A DNA stretch of 64,000 nt from Candidatus Poribacteria bacterium (GTDB lineage: Bacteria > Poribacteria > WGA-4E > WGA-3G). Positions 41,436 to 49,926 of the stretch are shown piece after piece. A program made the position numbers and the translations under genes. Numbering within the stretch: the stretch's first letter is position 1; each line of letters begins with the position of its first letter. Below the pieces are notes generated by a model. It had not been told where the DNA came from and searched no databases. It saw only the letters and a list, made by a program, of their open reading frames with translations. Where the stretch lies: assembly GCA_965205015.1 (NCBI GenBank), contig OZ242029.1, positions 576,001-640,000 on the forward strand, written 5' to 3'.

Positions 41436-41541
41436 ATTAAAATGAGGCTATCAACCCTTATGCCGTCTACATCCCCTACCTAAAGGCAGGGGTCTTGACG
41501 GAAGATTGATAATATTAGATTGCTGCACGGTTTTCTCCAGT

Positions 41542-41584
41542 ATGCTGCGAATTACAGCGAAATGCTGCGAATTATAGCGAAATG
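41542..41584. repeat. 20-bp tandem duplication
   Basis: ATGCTGCGAATTA(C/T)AGCGAA twice. Confidence 0.7.
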
Positions 41585-41665
41585 TGTCATCTTTTCAGTT
41601 TTTTGTAGGTTTCCTTTAGCAATTCGGCTGTGCGTTTGTGAAATAGGCCTCAGGTTGTGTCCGAA

Positions 41666-41760
41666 TGTGACGTTTTAAACGTCACAATTACGGCAATTCG
41701 GACGTTTTAAACGTCACAGTGACGTGCGGAAGTCAAGTGGGACGGGAAAAGTGACGTTTT
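41666..41760. promoter_or_regulatory. Repeated palindrome TGTGACGTTTTAAACGTCACA plus half-sites
   Basis: Full palindrome at 41666-41686, near-copy at 41701-41718, GTGACGT half-sites at 41719 and 41751. Confidence 0.5.
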
Positions 41761-41906
41761 TTCGGCATTTTTTTCTCCGCGGGTTTTCCGTCGGCTTCGG
41801 TTATCGGGGTATTCCGGAATATTGTTGTTATCAATGGACAGAGGAGCTACCCGTTTTTCGCAGCTTCGCACGGGAGTCCTCTCCTTTGAGAAAACGTTAT
41901 ATATAC

Positions 41907-41935
41907 ATTATACGATTTCAAACAATATGGGTCAA
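41907..41935 (-). promoter_or_regulatory. sigma70-type promoter pointing toward the Rpn-S-like gene
   Basis: TTGACC-17 nt-TATAAT. Confidence 0.6.
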
Positions 41936-42149
41936 GTTAATTTGGAGTAAGTATATCTGATATTTACCACAGTTATCATGAAGTCAATGATACTACAGAG
42001 ATAGCAGGTATCGCCAATATTCTATTAGCGAAAACTGAATGGCTCTGGCTAGACAGTGTGGGCATTCTTAAAAGCAAGATGTGAAAAATAACGAGGAAGA
42101 TGATTGGTAGAACTGCGCCTATTTAGATTGAAACCTTCCACATTTTTCC

Positions 42150-42178
42150 TTGAAAAAAAGCCCAAAAACCGCTATACT
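42150..42178 (+). promoter_or_regulatory. sigma70-type promoter
   Basis: TTGAAA-17 nt-TATACT, duplicated at 44714-44741 with a 16-nt spacer. Confidence 0.65.
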
Positions 42179-42185
42179 CTCTATA

Positions 42186-42287
42186 TCACGTTGGCAGACA
42201 TAATCGGCGTTACCGCCCCCTGCCCAGTAACGGGTGGGGACCCCGGTGACGTGTCTGCCTCCCACCGATTAGGGGATAAAAGCGTGA
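42186..42287 (+). ncRNA. Pseudoknotted 5'-leader RNA motif, copy C
   Basis: TCACGT-T-GGCAGACA-TAATCGG-CGTTACC..GGTGACG-TGTCTGCC-TCCC-A-CCGATTA-G-GGGA-TAAAA-GCGTGA. Confidence 0.7.
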
Positions 42288-42447
42288 GCGTGAGCGTCAA
42301 CAGATACTTTTGAAAGACAATCGTGAAAGCGAACAGAATAGATCCTCTATGTTCACAGTCCGAGACGCTGAAAGCGCGATGATCGCGTTGACAAGTTTCT
42401 CGATTGCTGTTATCGCTGGAGTCTTTTTATACAATCTTCTCATCGTA

Positions 42448-43856
42448 CTAAAGTTTGGACAATATTGTAAGTTTCAAGCTGCTTTGTCGAAAGGTAGCGT
42501 GGTATCGTGTTCAGATATGGGATGAATATTCTGTGAGTTGGTCTCTTCTTGGGAACTCGCAGAATATTCCAACGCTCTGAGGTGCGACTGTAAATAAGCG
42601 ACCCGTAACCCTTGGGTCAAGTGCTTCGGATGATACCAATGAATCCCGAGATGCTCGCAGACCTCTTTGACGCTCACGCGATCCGAGGGATACCGAGACC
42701 CAAACTTCAAGAAGACCAACTTCGTCAGAGACGCTGCGACGAAACTCAGCTGCACGAAGCGATTGATGCTTTTGCGAGACTTGACCCGATAGGCATCAAA
42801 TCCGAAATGCTGCTTGACATCTCGAAACGCTGTTTCTATCTGCCACCTCTGCCGGTAGTATTCAACGATCTTCGGGAGCTCCAAGGTCATATCTGTTGTA
42901 AAGACACAGAAATACCGATACGGTTTTGAGGGTTTGACTCGGGTGCGTATCACGACGAGTCGGACGTCTGTCGGACACATTTTCGTCCGAACGACCTCTG
43001 AGGCGACCTGATACGTTTTTTCCAGGATGCAAACGTCTTGATACCGTAAGCGTTGGATGTTCAAACGGTCTCCATATTTCTTCGGACGCCCGCGCTGGGG
43101 GCGCTTCGGACGTTTCGGTAAACGATAAAACACCGCATTTGACTTCGCACGACACAACAGATGATGTCCGAGTTCCAAGAGCATTTCAAAGACTTTTCGG
43201 CGGCAGAACCCTCTATCAAAGAGGATCAACCCCCGGGGGAGCTTTGAACAGATACGTTTCAACACCGCATCACCTTTGTCCCGGAGCGTCTGAGGTGCAA
43301 TGAGTTTCACCCAGACCGGAAACAGCAACCAATCTGCCGCTGTCTCGCAGAGTAAACCTAATGCCCCAAACTCGTGTCCGAAGTGAAACTTTGATTGATT
43401 CACGCGATGTTTACCGTGATAACTGAAGTTGCGGAAAAAATGTAAACCCCATTGGGTTTTACCCGTCTTCAAGGCTTTGGTGGCATCATAGACGTAAACC
43501 CAGTCGGCAAACACGCCCTGGAGCCTTTTCATCAGGCACGCAGCAACCGCATCGGTATCCCATTTGCCCCGGGAAAGAAACTTCGGAAACGACCAATAGC
43601 GTGTCGCGGATCCACTCGACTGATACAGGTGCGTCAGGCTGCCTCCAGGCGGTTGAGTCATAAACCCAAAAATAAATGCTTGAAAAAGCGCAAAGTTTTG
43701 GGAGTTGAACAAATGACGAAAATCCGATACAATACTTTCTAAGTGGAGAAGCAGGGGCATTTTTGCCTTCCTTTCAAAACAGTGGTATGTTTATGAAAGG
43801 ATACCTGCTTTTCTGCTTTCAAACATCTTAATTCTTTAAAATTGTCCAAACTTTAG
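42448..43856 (-). mobile_element. IS4-superfamily (IS701/ISH3-like) insertion sequence, 1409 bp
   Basis: Perfect 16-bp TIR CTAAAGTTTGGACAAT and 8-bp target duplication TCATCGTA (42440-42447, 43857-43864). Confidence 0.9.
42474..43760 (-). CDS. DDE transposase (IS4 superfamily)
   Basis: YDAT, FDRGF and YRQRWQIETAFRDVKQ (YREK signature). Confidence 0.9.
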   Translation of the reverse strand: MPLLLHLESIVSDFRHLFNSQNFALFQAFIFGFMTQPPGGSLTHLYQSSGSATRYWSFPKFLSRGKWDTDAVAACLMKRLQGVFADWVYVYDATKALKTGKTQWGLHFFRNFSYHGKHRVNQSKFHFGHEFGALGLLCETAADWLLFPVWVKLIAPQTLRDKGDAVLKRICSKLPRGLILFDRGFCRRKVFEMLLELGHHLLCRAKSNAVFYRLPKRPKRPQRGRPKKYGDRLNIQRLRYQDVCILEKTYQVASEVVRTKMCPTDVRLVVIRTRVKPSKPYRYFCVFTTDMTLELPKIVEYYRQRWQIETAFRDVKQHFGFDAYRVKSRKSINRFVQLSFVAASLTKLVFLKFGSRYPSDRVSVKEVCEHLGIHWYHPKHLTQGLRVAYLQSHLRALEYSASSQEETNSQNIHPISEHDTTLPFDKAA

Positions 43857-44287
43857 TCATCGTAGGGAATAGCACCTTAAAATCCGTCAGTGTTGTGCTT
43901 GGTAATGTTTCAAACATTCTGTCAGCAGCAACACTGCTGACGATACTTGAAGAAGGAATCAGTCTCATGTTTTACCGAATCAGACTCGCTCTCAAAGAAG
44001 AAAGCGAAATCAAAGAACAGGGTCGCCAAGAAGCTTACCAAGAAGTGTCCGACTGGAACCGTCGCCGTCTTGAGGCAGAAGCCCGTGGCGAAACTTTTAC
44101 AGAGCCACCGCCGGGACACGATTCCCTGAAACCCAGAAAGAAAAAACGTTTCATCTTTTTCTGATGCTTTCAGAGTCTTGAAGCCGAAGCCCCTAAACGT
44201 AGCCGAACGGTTATCGCTTGAGCATTCTAACGTTGGAACTCAATTCAGCGAAAGACAAGTATTGTAAATCCACTGGAGATTTAGGTA

Positions 44288-44386
44288 TTGATGTTCTGGT
44301 TAATCGAATTTTTAGAAGCAAAAGATAACGCAATAATAGCATTTTCCGCTCTGATAACAGCAATTGCCACTGGTGTTCTCGCTGTT
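44288..44386 (+). pseudogene. Truncated membrane-protein gene cut by an IS3 end
   Basis: MFWLIEFLEAKDNAIIAFSALITAIATGVLAV runs directly into the TGTAGTGC inverted repeat. Confidence 0.45.
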
Positions 44387-44599
44387 TGTAGTGCATACGC
44401 TTATTTAGACCACAATTTCGCAAAGTTAAGAGAAGGTTCGTTTCCCTTGAAATTCCATAGGCGTCAAAGACCCTAACGCCGAATGCGGGCGTTTCTGATT
44501 ATAGACGTGTGTGATAAAATGCCCAATACGGGCTCTCGCTTCGTAGATGTCCTCAGAGTCGTTGAGGTGAACTTCTTCCTCCTTGAGGGTTCTGATAAA
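44387..44599 (-). mobile_element. IS3-family remnant (transposase C-terminus and right inverted repeat)
   Basis: Minus strand reads IRTLKEEEVHLND..EARARIGHFITHVYNQKRPHSALG.LTPMEF, homologous to 48075-48243. The IR matches 48245-48283. Confidence 0.85.
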
Positions 44600-44748
44600 T
44601 TCCTAGGACTGTGTAGGCATTCTCAAAAGCAAGATATGAAAAATGTGAAAAATAACGAGGAAGATGATTAGTAGAACTGCGCCTGTTTAGATTGAAATCT
44701 TCCACATTTTTCCTTGAAAAAAGCCCAAAAACTGTTATACTATTTATA

Positions 44749-44849
44749 TCATGTTGGCAGACATAATCGGCGTTACCGCCCCTTCCCAGTAACGGGTGGG
44801 GACCCCGGTGACGTGTCTGCCTCCCATCGATTAGGGGATAAAAGCGTGA
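44749..44849 (+). ncRNA. Pseudoknotted 5'-leader RNA motif, copy D
   Basis: Near-identical to copy C. The changes in paired positions (TCATGT, TCGATTA) keep pairing through G-U. Confidence 0.7.
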
Positions 44850-44865
44850 GAGTCAACAGATACTT

Positions 44866-45327
44866 TTGAAAGACAACCGCGAAAGCGAACAGAACAGATA
44901 TTCACTATTCACAGTCCGAGATGCCGAGCATGCGATGTTTGTATTTTCAGTCTTCGCAGTTGCTATTGTTGTCGGAATTTTCTCGTTTGAATTACTGATT
45001 AGAGGTAGTGGTATTTTGAAGTCTCTTGGTGTTGTACTTGGCAATGTCTCAAGTGTTTTGTCAGGATCAACACTGCTAACAATCTTTGAAGAAGGAATTA
45101 ATCTTATGTTTTTCCGTCGTGCCCGAGAAGAACGCGCAAAACTGAAAGAAGAACGCGAAGCAGTTGAAGCAGCACGCGCATCACTTGAAAAAGAAACGAA
45201 ACAGTTAGAAGAACTCAAAGCAGAGTTAAGTCAAGCGGCTTCTAACGTAGGTACCGGAACATCCAAAGCAGGTAACGTTGAATCTGATACAAAACCGCCG
45301 GAACAGTCCACAAAGCCTAAGAATTAG
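44866..45327 (+). CDS. Hypothetical membrane protein (two hydrophobic segments plus coiled coil)
   Basis: TTG start, N-terminal half clearly homologous to the 42310 gene, charged helical tail. Confidence 0.75.
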   Translation: MKDNRESEQNRYSLFTVRDAEHAMFVFSVFAVAIVVGIFSFELLIRGSGILKSLGVVLGNVSSVLSGSTLLTIFEEGINLMFFRRAREERAKLKEEREAVEAARASLEKETKQLEELKAELSQAASNVGTGTSKAGNVESDTKPPEQSTKPKN

Positions 45328-45359
45328 TCCGTTTTTTTGAATGCCAGGAGACGTATATC

Positions 45360-45576
45360 GTGCCGACTGATGAACTTTATGAATTAATGCAGCGTGGTTT
45401 CGATCACATACAGAGGCAGTTAGACGAAATCAAAGAGACACTTAAGAGTATTGACGAACACTTGCACAAGGTTGAGACAGATCAAAGGCAGATGTCTCGC
45501 AATGAAAGACTGGTTTGTTTTTGCCTGTGCTATTGATGCTTTAATAGTATCAATCATAACTGAAGTGCATAAATAG
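45360..45576 (+). pseudogene. Degenerate short coiled-coil plus TM gene (XhlA-like architecture)
   Basis: AGGAG + GTG, MPTDELYELMQRGFDHIQRQLDEIKETLKSIDEHLHKVETDQ, then a hydrophobic tail KDWFVFACAIDALIVSII in another frame. Confidence 0.45.
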
Positions 45577-46151
45577 GTGGCAACTTGCGTTAGGATTTAC
45601 ATACTCGTGCCTTACAACTCCAGCGCGGCTATCTTCAGACGAAACACACGAGAACGATGCACCGACGACGCAATCTACACACCGTAATTAGAAGCATCTT
45701 GAACAGCATGCAATTTATGTTACCAATCACCGCGCGCGGGCTGTACTTGACAGCCCTCCCGGCTCAGACTATGCCATTTAATCACTCAACAAGTATTACC
45801 CCCCCCCTCAAAATTAACCTCGCATTCGTTTCAAATTACACTGATTTCTCTCTGGTTTCCCGCGCAACATCGGGACACCCCGCACACAAACACACCTCTT
45901 TTTATGAAACGCAACAAATCTTTGGTACGCGACACCAAGCGTTTGCCGAACGGGTTTTTGCTGCTTGGTTTTTTCTTGGCGGTCAGGTTTCCTTATATGT
46001 GAAAAGATGGAGTTTTCAGATGCAGATTTAAAGATTTAACTGAGGAGTGCTGACTCCCCAGACCGGATAGCAGAGGTTTGCAACTGCGCTTGTTTTACAA
46101 TGCATCAGCAATTAAAGATTTTACGATAATCAACTGGAGTTCAATACAATA

Positions 46152-46469
46152 ATGAAGCAACACGACCTTTGGGTTCCTACCCTTAAAGCTGATTGGTTTC
46201 GAGATTTGATGAAGTTCTTAGATGGCACCTGCGGAGACGTAACACTTGGTGCAATGCGCGACCATATAGGGCGCGAGGCAAACCTTGGACCGCTTGACTT
46301 TATGTTAGCGTGTAATCATGCATTCCACGCCGGGATACTCCAAGAGGATGTCCGTGGTGTGGTCCACTTTAACACTGATACCCTTGACACTATTATTGAG
46401 CGCGCCGATGCCAAGGGCAGCACTGAATACATCTCTGTTGAATGCGTCAAACCGGATTGCAAGGATTAA
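46152..46469 (+). CDS. Hypothetical protein
   Basis: GGAG upstream, 105 aa, first of three co-oriented small ORFs. Confidence 0.55.
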   Translation: MKQHDLWVPTLKADWFRDLMKFLDGTCGDVTLGAMRDHIGREANLGPLDFMLACNHAFHAGILQEDVRGVVHFNTDTLDTIIERADAKGSTEYISVECVKPDCKD

Positions 46470-46525
46470 TGCGTTTACTGACGGGATAGGACGATTGTGA
46501 ATCGCGCGAATTCGCCGGAGAAAAT

Positions 46526-46900
46526 ATGGAATGGATAACCCTTCATCAAAAATGTTATGAACGTTTTGAAGAGCGCATGCAAGCGATGCACCGTTACCTC
46601 GTTACTCGTCCAACGGACTTTGACGGTTTGGCAGTCAAGCAGTACGTCTTTCGACAGGCGCAGGAGATGCTGACTCGCTATCGAGAATCTATCGACAGAA
46701 AAGATTTTACAGCCTGCGTTGTGTTGCGCAGAGGTTTAGAGAGTGGGTCGCCTTTTCTTGAGCATTACCTCGCCGCAGTGAATATACAAGTAACGAACCG
46801 CGGTACCGAGTATAATCGCGATCCGGAATTTCCGAAGCTTAAGCCTATATGGCCAGAACACAAGAGAGTGGACGATGATGCATGTGATTGGAATCCATGA
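46526..46900 (+). CDS. Hypothetical protein
   Basis: GGAG RBS, 124 aa. Confidence 0.55.
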   Translation: MEWITLHQKCYERFEERMQAMHRYLVTRPTDFDGLAVKQYVFRQAQEMLTRYRESIDRKDFTACVVLRRGLESGSPFLEHYLAAVNIQVTNRGTEYNRDPEFPKLKPIWPEHKRVDDDACDWNP

Positions 46901-47096
46901 GGATGATGGCAAACCGGTTTATGCTGAACTTGGCAAGGTGGAGCGGGTGACCCACATTGCGCTCAGGAATAGAATCAGTTGGCGAGCATGTTATGAAATC
47001 TTGCACCGCCTTGACCGTGATCCCAATTATGAATTACGATGGTTGCAAACCGATAGCGGTTATACGGATGCTGTTTGTATTAGCAAAGCAAAGTGA
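46875..47096 (+). CDS. Hypothetical protein
   Basis: Overlaps the previous stop, 73 aa. Confidence 0.45.
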   Translation: MMHVIGIHEDDGKPVYAELGKVERVTHIALRNRISWRACYEILHRLDRDPNYELRWLQTDSGYTDAVCISKAK

Positions 47097-47144
47097 ACCT
47101 ACGAAACACTTTTACCATAATAGGATTGATATAACTGTCCAGAT

Positions 47145-47347
47145 GTAGGTTGGGTTGAGCGGGAAAGGTAAAAAACCATCAAACTACCAACGAAAGTTAG
47201 GTTTTTCAATGACGTGTTCGTATAAATGCAGATAGTGAAACCCAACGTCTCAACCGCTGCAGCGATAAACTGTTGGGTTTCACTCGTATTTGGGTGATTT
47301 CAAGCTTCTGTATAAATAGTGAAAGCCATTTCGCCGTGCAATTTCTA
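47145..47347. repeat. REP/MITE-like dispersed element
   Basis: GTAGGTTGGGTTGAG..GTGAAACCCAAC..GTTGGGTTTCACTCG. Its 3' part (GTGATTTCAAGCTTCT..GTGCAATTT) recurs at about 49627-49700. Confidence 0.6.
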
Positions 47348-47466
47348 ACGCAATACGTAGTTTTGGACTTGGTAAATTACTTATTACAATGTTTTATTCT
47401 AATATGGATTCTCGTTTCAAAACCTTAAGAATCCCCCCGAAAGTTGCCTCTATTTTTCCTTTTGGA

Positions 47467-48283
47467 ATTTGTGACATCCTCGATTTCAACCGCAGCAGTT
47501 TCTATTATCAACCAAGAACGGATCCGTCTGAAGACGTCCTGCGCGCTGAAATAGAGAAACTTGCGGGACGGTATCCAAGATACGGGTATAGGCGTATCAC
47601 ACAGTTACTGGTGCGTCAGGGATACACTGTTGGCACCCGGCGCGTCGCTCGGTTGATGAAAGAAATGAATCTCTTGGTCGCCATCAAGCGTGCGTGTCAA
47701 ACAACAAGATCGCTTCAGGGGGAGAAACCTTGGAGCAATCTGCTTGAAACCCTTGAAGTCTCTCATCAGGATCAGGTCTGGGTGGCAGATATTACCTATG
47801 TGCGTCTCAACCGACGTTTCGTCTATGTCTGCCTCCTCATGGATGTTTTCACTCGGATGATCAGAGCATGGCAGCTCAGTCAGCACTTGAACCAATCTCT
47901 GACGCTCAAACCGCTCCAAGAAGCATTACGCCAAAGCGTCCCTGAGACTCATCATTCCGATCAAGGCGTACAGTATTTTTCAAAAGCTTATATTACCACG
48001 CTCCAAGCACATGGCGTTGAGATTTCCGTCGCAGAGCGCGGACGGCCTTGGGAGAACGGATATGCTGAAAGACTCATCCGCACCCTCAAAGAGGAAGAAG
48101 TTCACCTCAATGACTATCAAAGCATCACCGAGGCGAGAGATCGCATCGGACAGTTTATCACACAGGTGTATCATCTCAAACGCCCACATTCGGCGTTGAG
48201 ATATCTAACATCCATGGAATTTGAGAGGCAAAACTTGTCTTAACTTTACCGAAATTGCGGCCCTAATTAGCGTTGGCACTTCA
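47467..48283 (+). mobile_element. 5'-truncated IS3-family element (orfB integrase core and right IR)
   Basis: YGYRRI, WVADITY, HHSDQGVQY, PWENGYAERLIRTLKEE, RPHSAL. Ends ...GGCACTTCA. No orfA or left IR seen. Confidence 0.88.
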
Positions 48284-48866
48284 TTGTGTTGTCTCTGACA
48301 TACTCGTTTCCTGTTTAAAGTCGTATTTCCGCATTCCACGAATTACACAATAACCGAGATTATACCCTCACAGGCTTTTTCTGTCAACACTTTACAAGGC
48401 ATTTACCAGAGGCATTCAGTTTTCGGTGGAGTGTTAGAAGAATGAAGTGATAGGAACCTGTATGAGAGCAATCAAAAATAAATTTGCATTGCCAAATTAT
48501 ATATGTTATTATATATTACATATTATTATATGTGATGTAAACTTAAATAGACATCCAGGAACACCAAAGGAAAATGTTACACTTTTGCCAAATTATTTTT
48601 TTTTTCGCGGCAGGACCTCAATCTTGAAAACGTCTCGGAACTCAGACGGTACCTAAGGTTATGGATATTTACCGCTCCACCTGCAATGTTACACTGGTGT
48701 AACATTTTAAGGCATCAATAGGGGCACAATGCATTACATTCAGGAGTTACATAAGGCGCAATAAATCGCGCTACTACGAACCGGAGCCTCTACCTGTTAC
48801 TGGGAAGAGCAGCACTTTTGAGAACCATCCGTATTTTGAAGATGTATTTGTTGAAGGTAGCGTTTC

Positions 48867-49619
48867 ATGGGACCAAAATCGATCGGCTTGCACATTCCCC
48901 GTTTATTACGGGATATGTCCGAAACGGCAATAACCTTCCTCTACCCGGCAGAATGTCGGGTTTGTAAGGAATTTCTTGGGGCTACGTCTATCCCTTATAT
49001 CTGCAACAGCTGCTGGCAGGATATCCAATTCCTCGAACCGCCGTGGTGCGATATATGTGGGACGCTGGGTATCAAGGGACTTTGTGATGCGTGCGCGATC
49101 ACGCCGCCACGCTACGGTAAACTGAGATCCATAGCGTTTTATCAGACGACACTCCAACAGGCAATACATTTCTTTAAATTTGAAAAGAAAAAGGCGTTTG
49201 CTGGACACCTGATTCAACTGATAAATGCTCACATCCCTTTGGACTGTAGCATCGCCGAATACGACTTTATCTTGCCCGTTCCAATCCATAAGAAACGGCT
49301 GCGGGAACGCGGTTTCAATCAGGCAACGCTCCTTGCCAACGGGATTGCGAAAGCAGCAGAGGTGCCAGTTCGCACAGACACATTGATTCGGCATCGGCAT
49401 ACAGTCGCACAAAGCAGCCTGGATAGAGAAACACGCCAGCAGAATCTTATTGGTGCTTTCAAAATCCAGAATCCAGATATTATCCGTGGCAAGCGACTCC
49501 TAATCTTTGACGATGTTTTCACTACCGGTGCCACGATTCGTGAAGCCGTGAGTGAACTCTGGACTGCGGATCCCGCCGAGATCGATGTGCTAACACTGGC
49601 GAGAACCTTAAATGCATAG
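48867..49619 (+). CDS. comF: ComF family double zinc ribbon/phosphoribosyltransferase protein
   Basis: CxxC pairs, PVP.H..R..ERGFNQA and DDVFTTGAT. Confidence 0.9.
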   Translation: MGPKSIGLHIPRLLRDMSETAITFLYPAECRVCKEFLGATSIPYICNSCWQDIQFLEPPWCDICGTLGIKGLCDACAITPPRYGKLRSIAFYQTTLQQAIHFFKFEKKKAFAGHLIQLINAHIPLDCSIAEYDFILPVPIHKKRLRERGFNQATLLANGIAKAAEVPVRTDTLIRHRHTVAQSSLDRETRQQNLIGAFKIQNPDIIRGKRLLIFDDVFTTGATIREAVSELWTADPAEIDVLTLARTLNA

Positions 49620-49926
49620 AGAATATGTTGGGTTCACTCGTCCCTTGTGATTTCAAGCTTCTTGATGAATTTGAGAGTTAATTGCTCTGTGCAATTTTTA
49701 AGAATTTACGAACGAGGTTACCCCCAAATTGACAAAATCGTGAAACTTTTTTACCAACATTGCGTTTACACAATATTAGTTATCAGCAGTTATTCACAAG
49801 AGGCACTCGGATTATCAGAAATCTTTTTAACGGATAATTCTCACTGCGAAGCAGACTGAAAAAAACGCTCTGATAACTATCCCTCCTTGGGATAATTACC
49901 TAAATACACAGTGGGAGGTCAAACCT

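Larger units (their letters stand above)
40056..41508 (-). mobile_element. IS200/IS605-family element, tnpB only (1453 bp)
   Basis: Left end follows TTAT with hairpin CCCCTGCCTTTAGGTAGGGG. Right-end hairpin CCCCAACCTTTAGGTTGTGGG is followed by TCAC. No target duplication. Confidence 0.9.
39794..41528 (-). pseudogene. Rpn/YhgA-family C-terminal (Rpn-S-like) small gene interrupted by the IS605 element
   Basis: Removing 40056-41508 restores GGAG RBS + GTG CAG CAA TCT AAT ATT ATC GAA TAC TGG, giving MQQSNIIEYWTEKA...QQGLEQGLEQG...IEDPQRLKQLHRAA (93 aa). Confidence 0.7.
42310..44164 (+). pseudogene. Small membrane protein gene (paralog of 44866-45327) interrupted by an IS4-like element
   Basis: Joining 42310-42447 to 43865-44164 restores a 145-aa ORF MKDNRESEQNR..LLIVGNSTLKSV..WNRRRLEAEARGETFTEPPP. 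Confidence 0.8.

Noticed and set aside
45657-46031. 124-aa ORF
   Set aside because: No RBS and atypical composition, so probably non-coding.
44387-48283. Composite transposon bounded by two inverted IS3 right ends
   Set aside because: No shared target duplication, the two IS3 copies are diverged, and each end interrupts a different gene.
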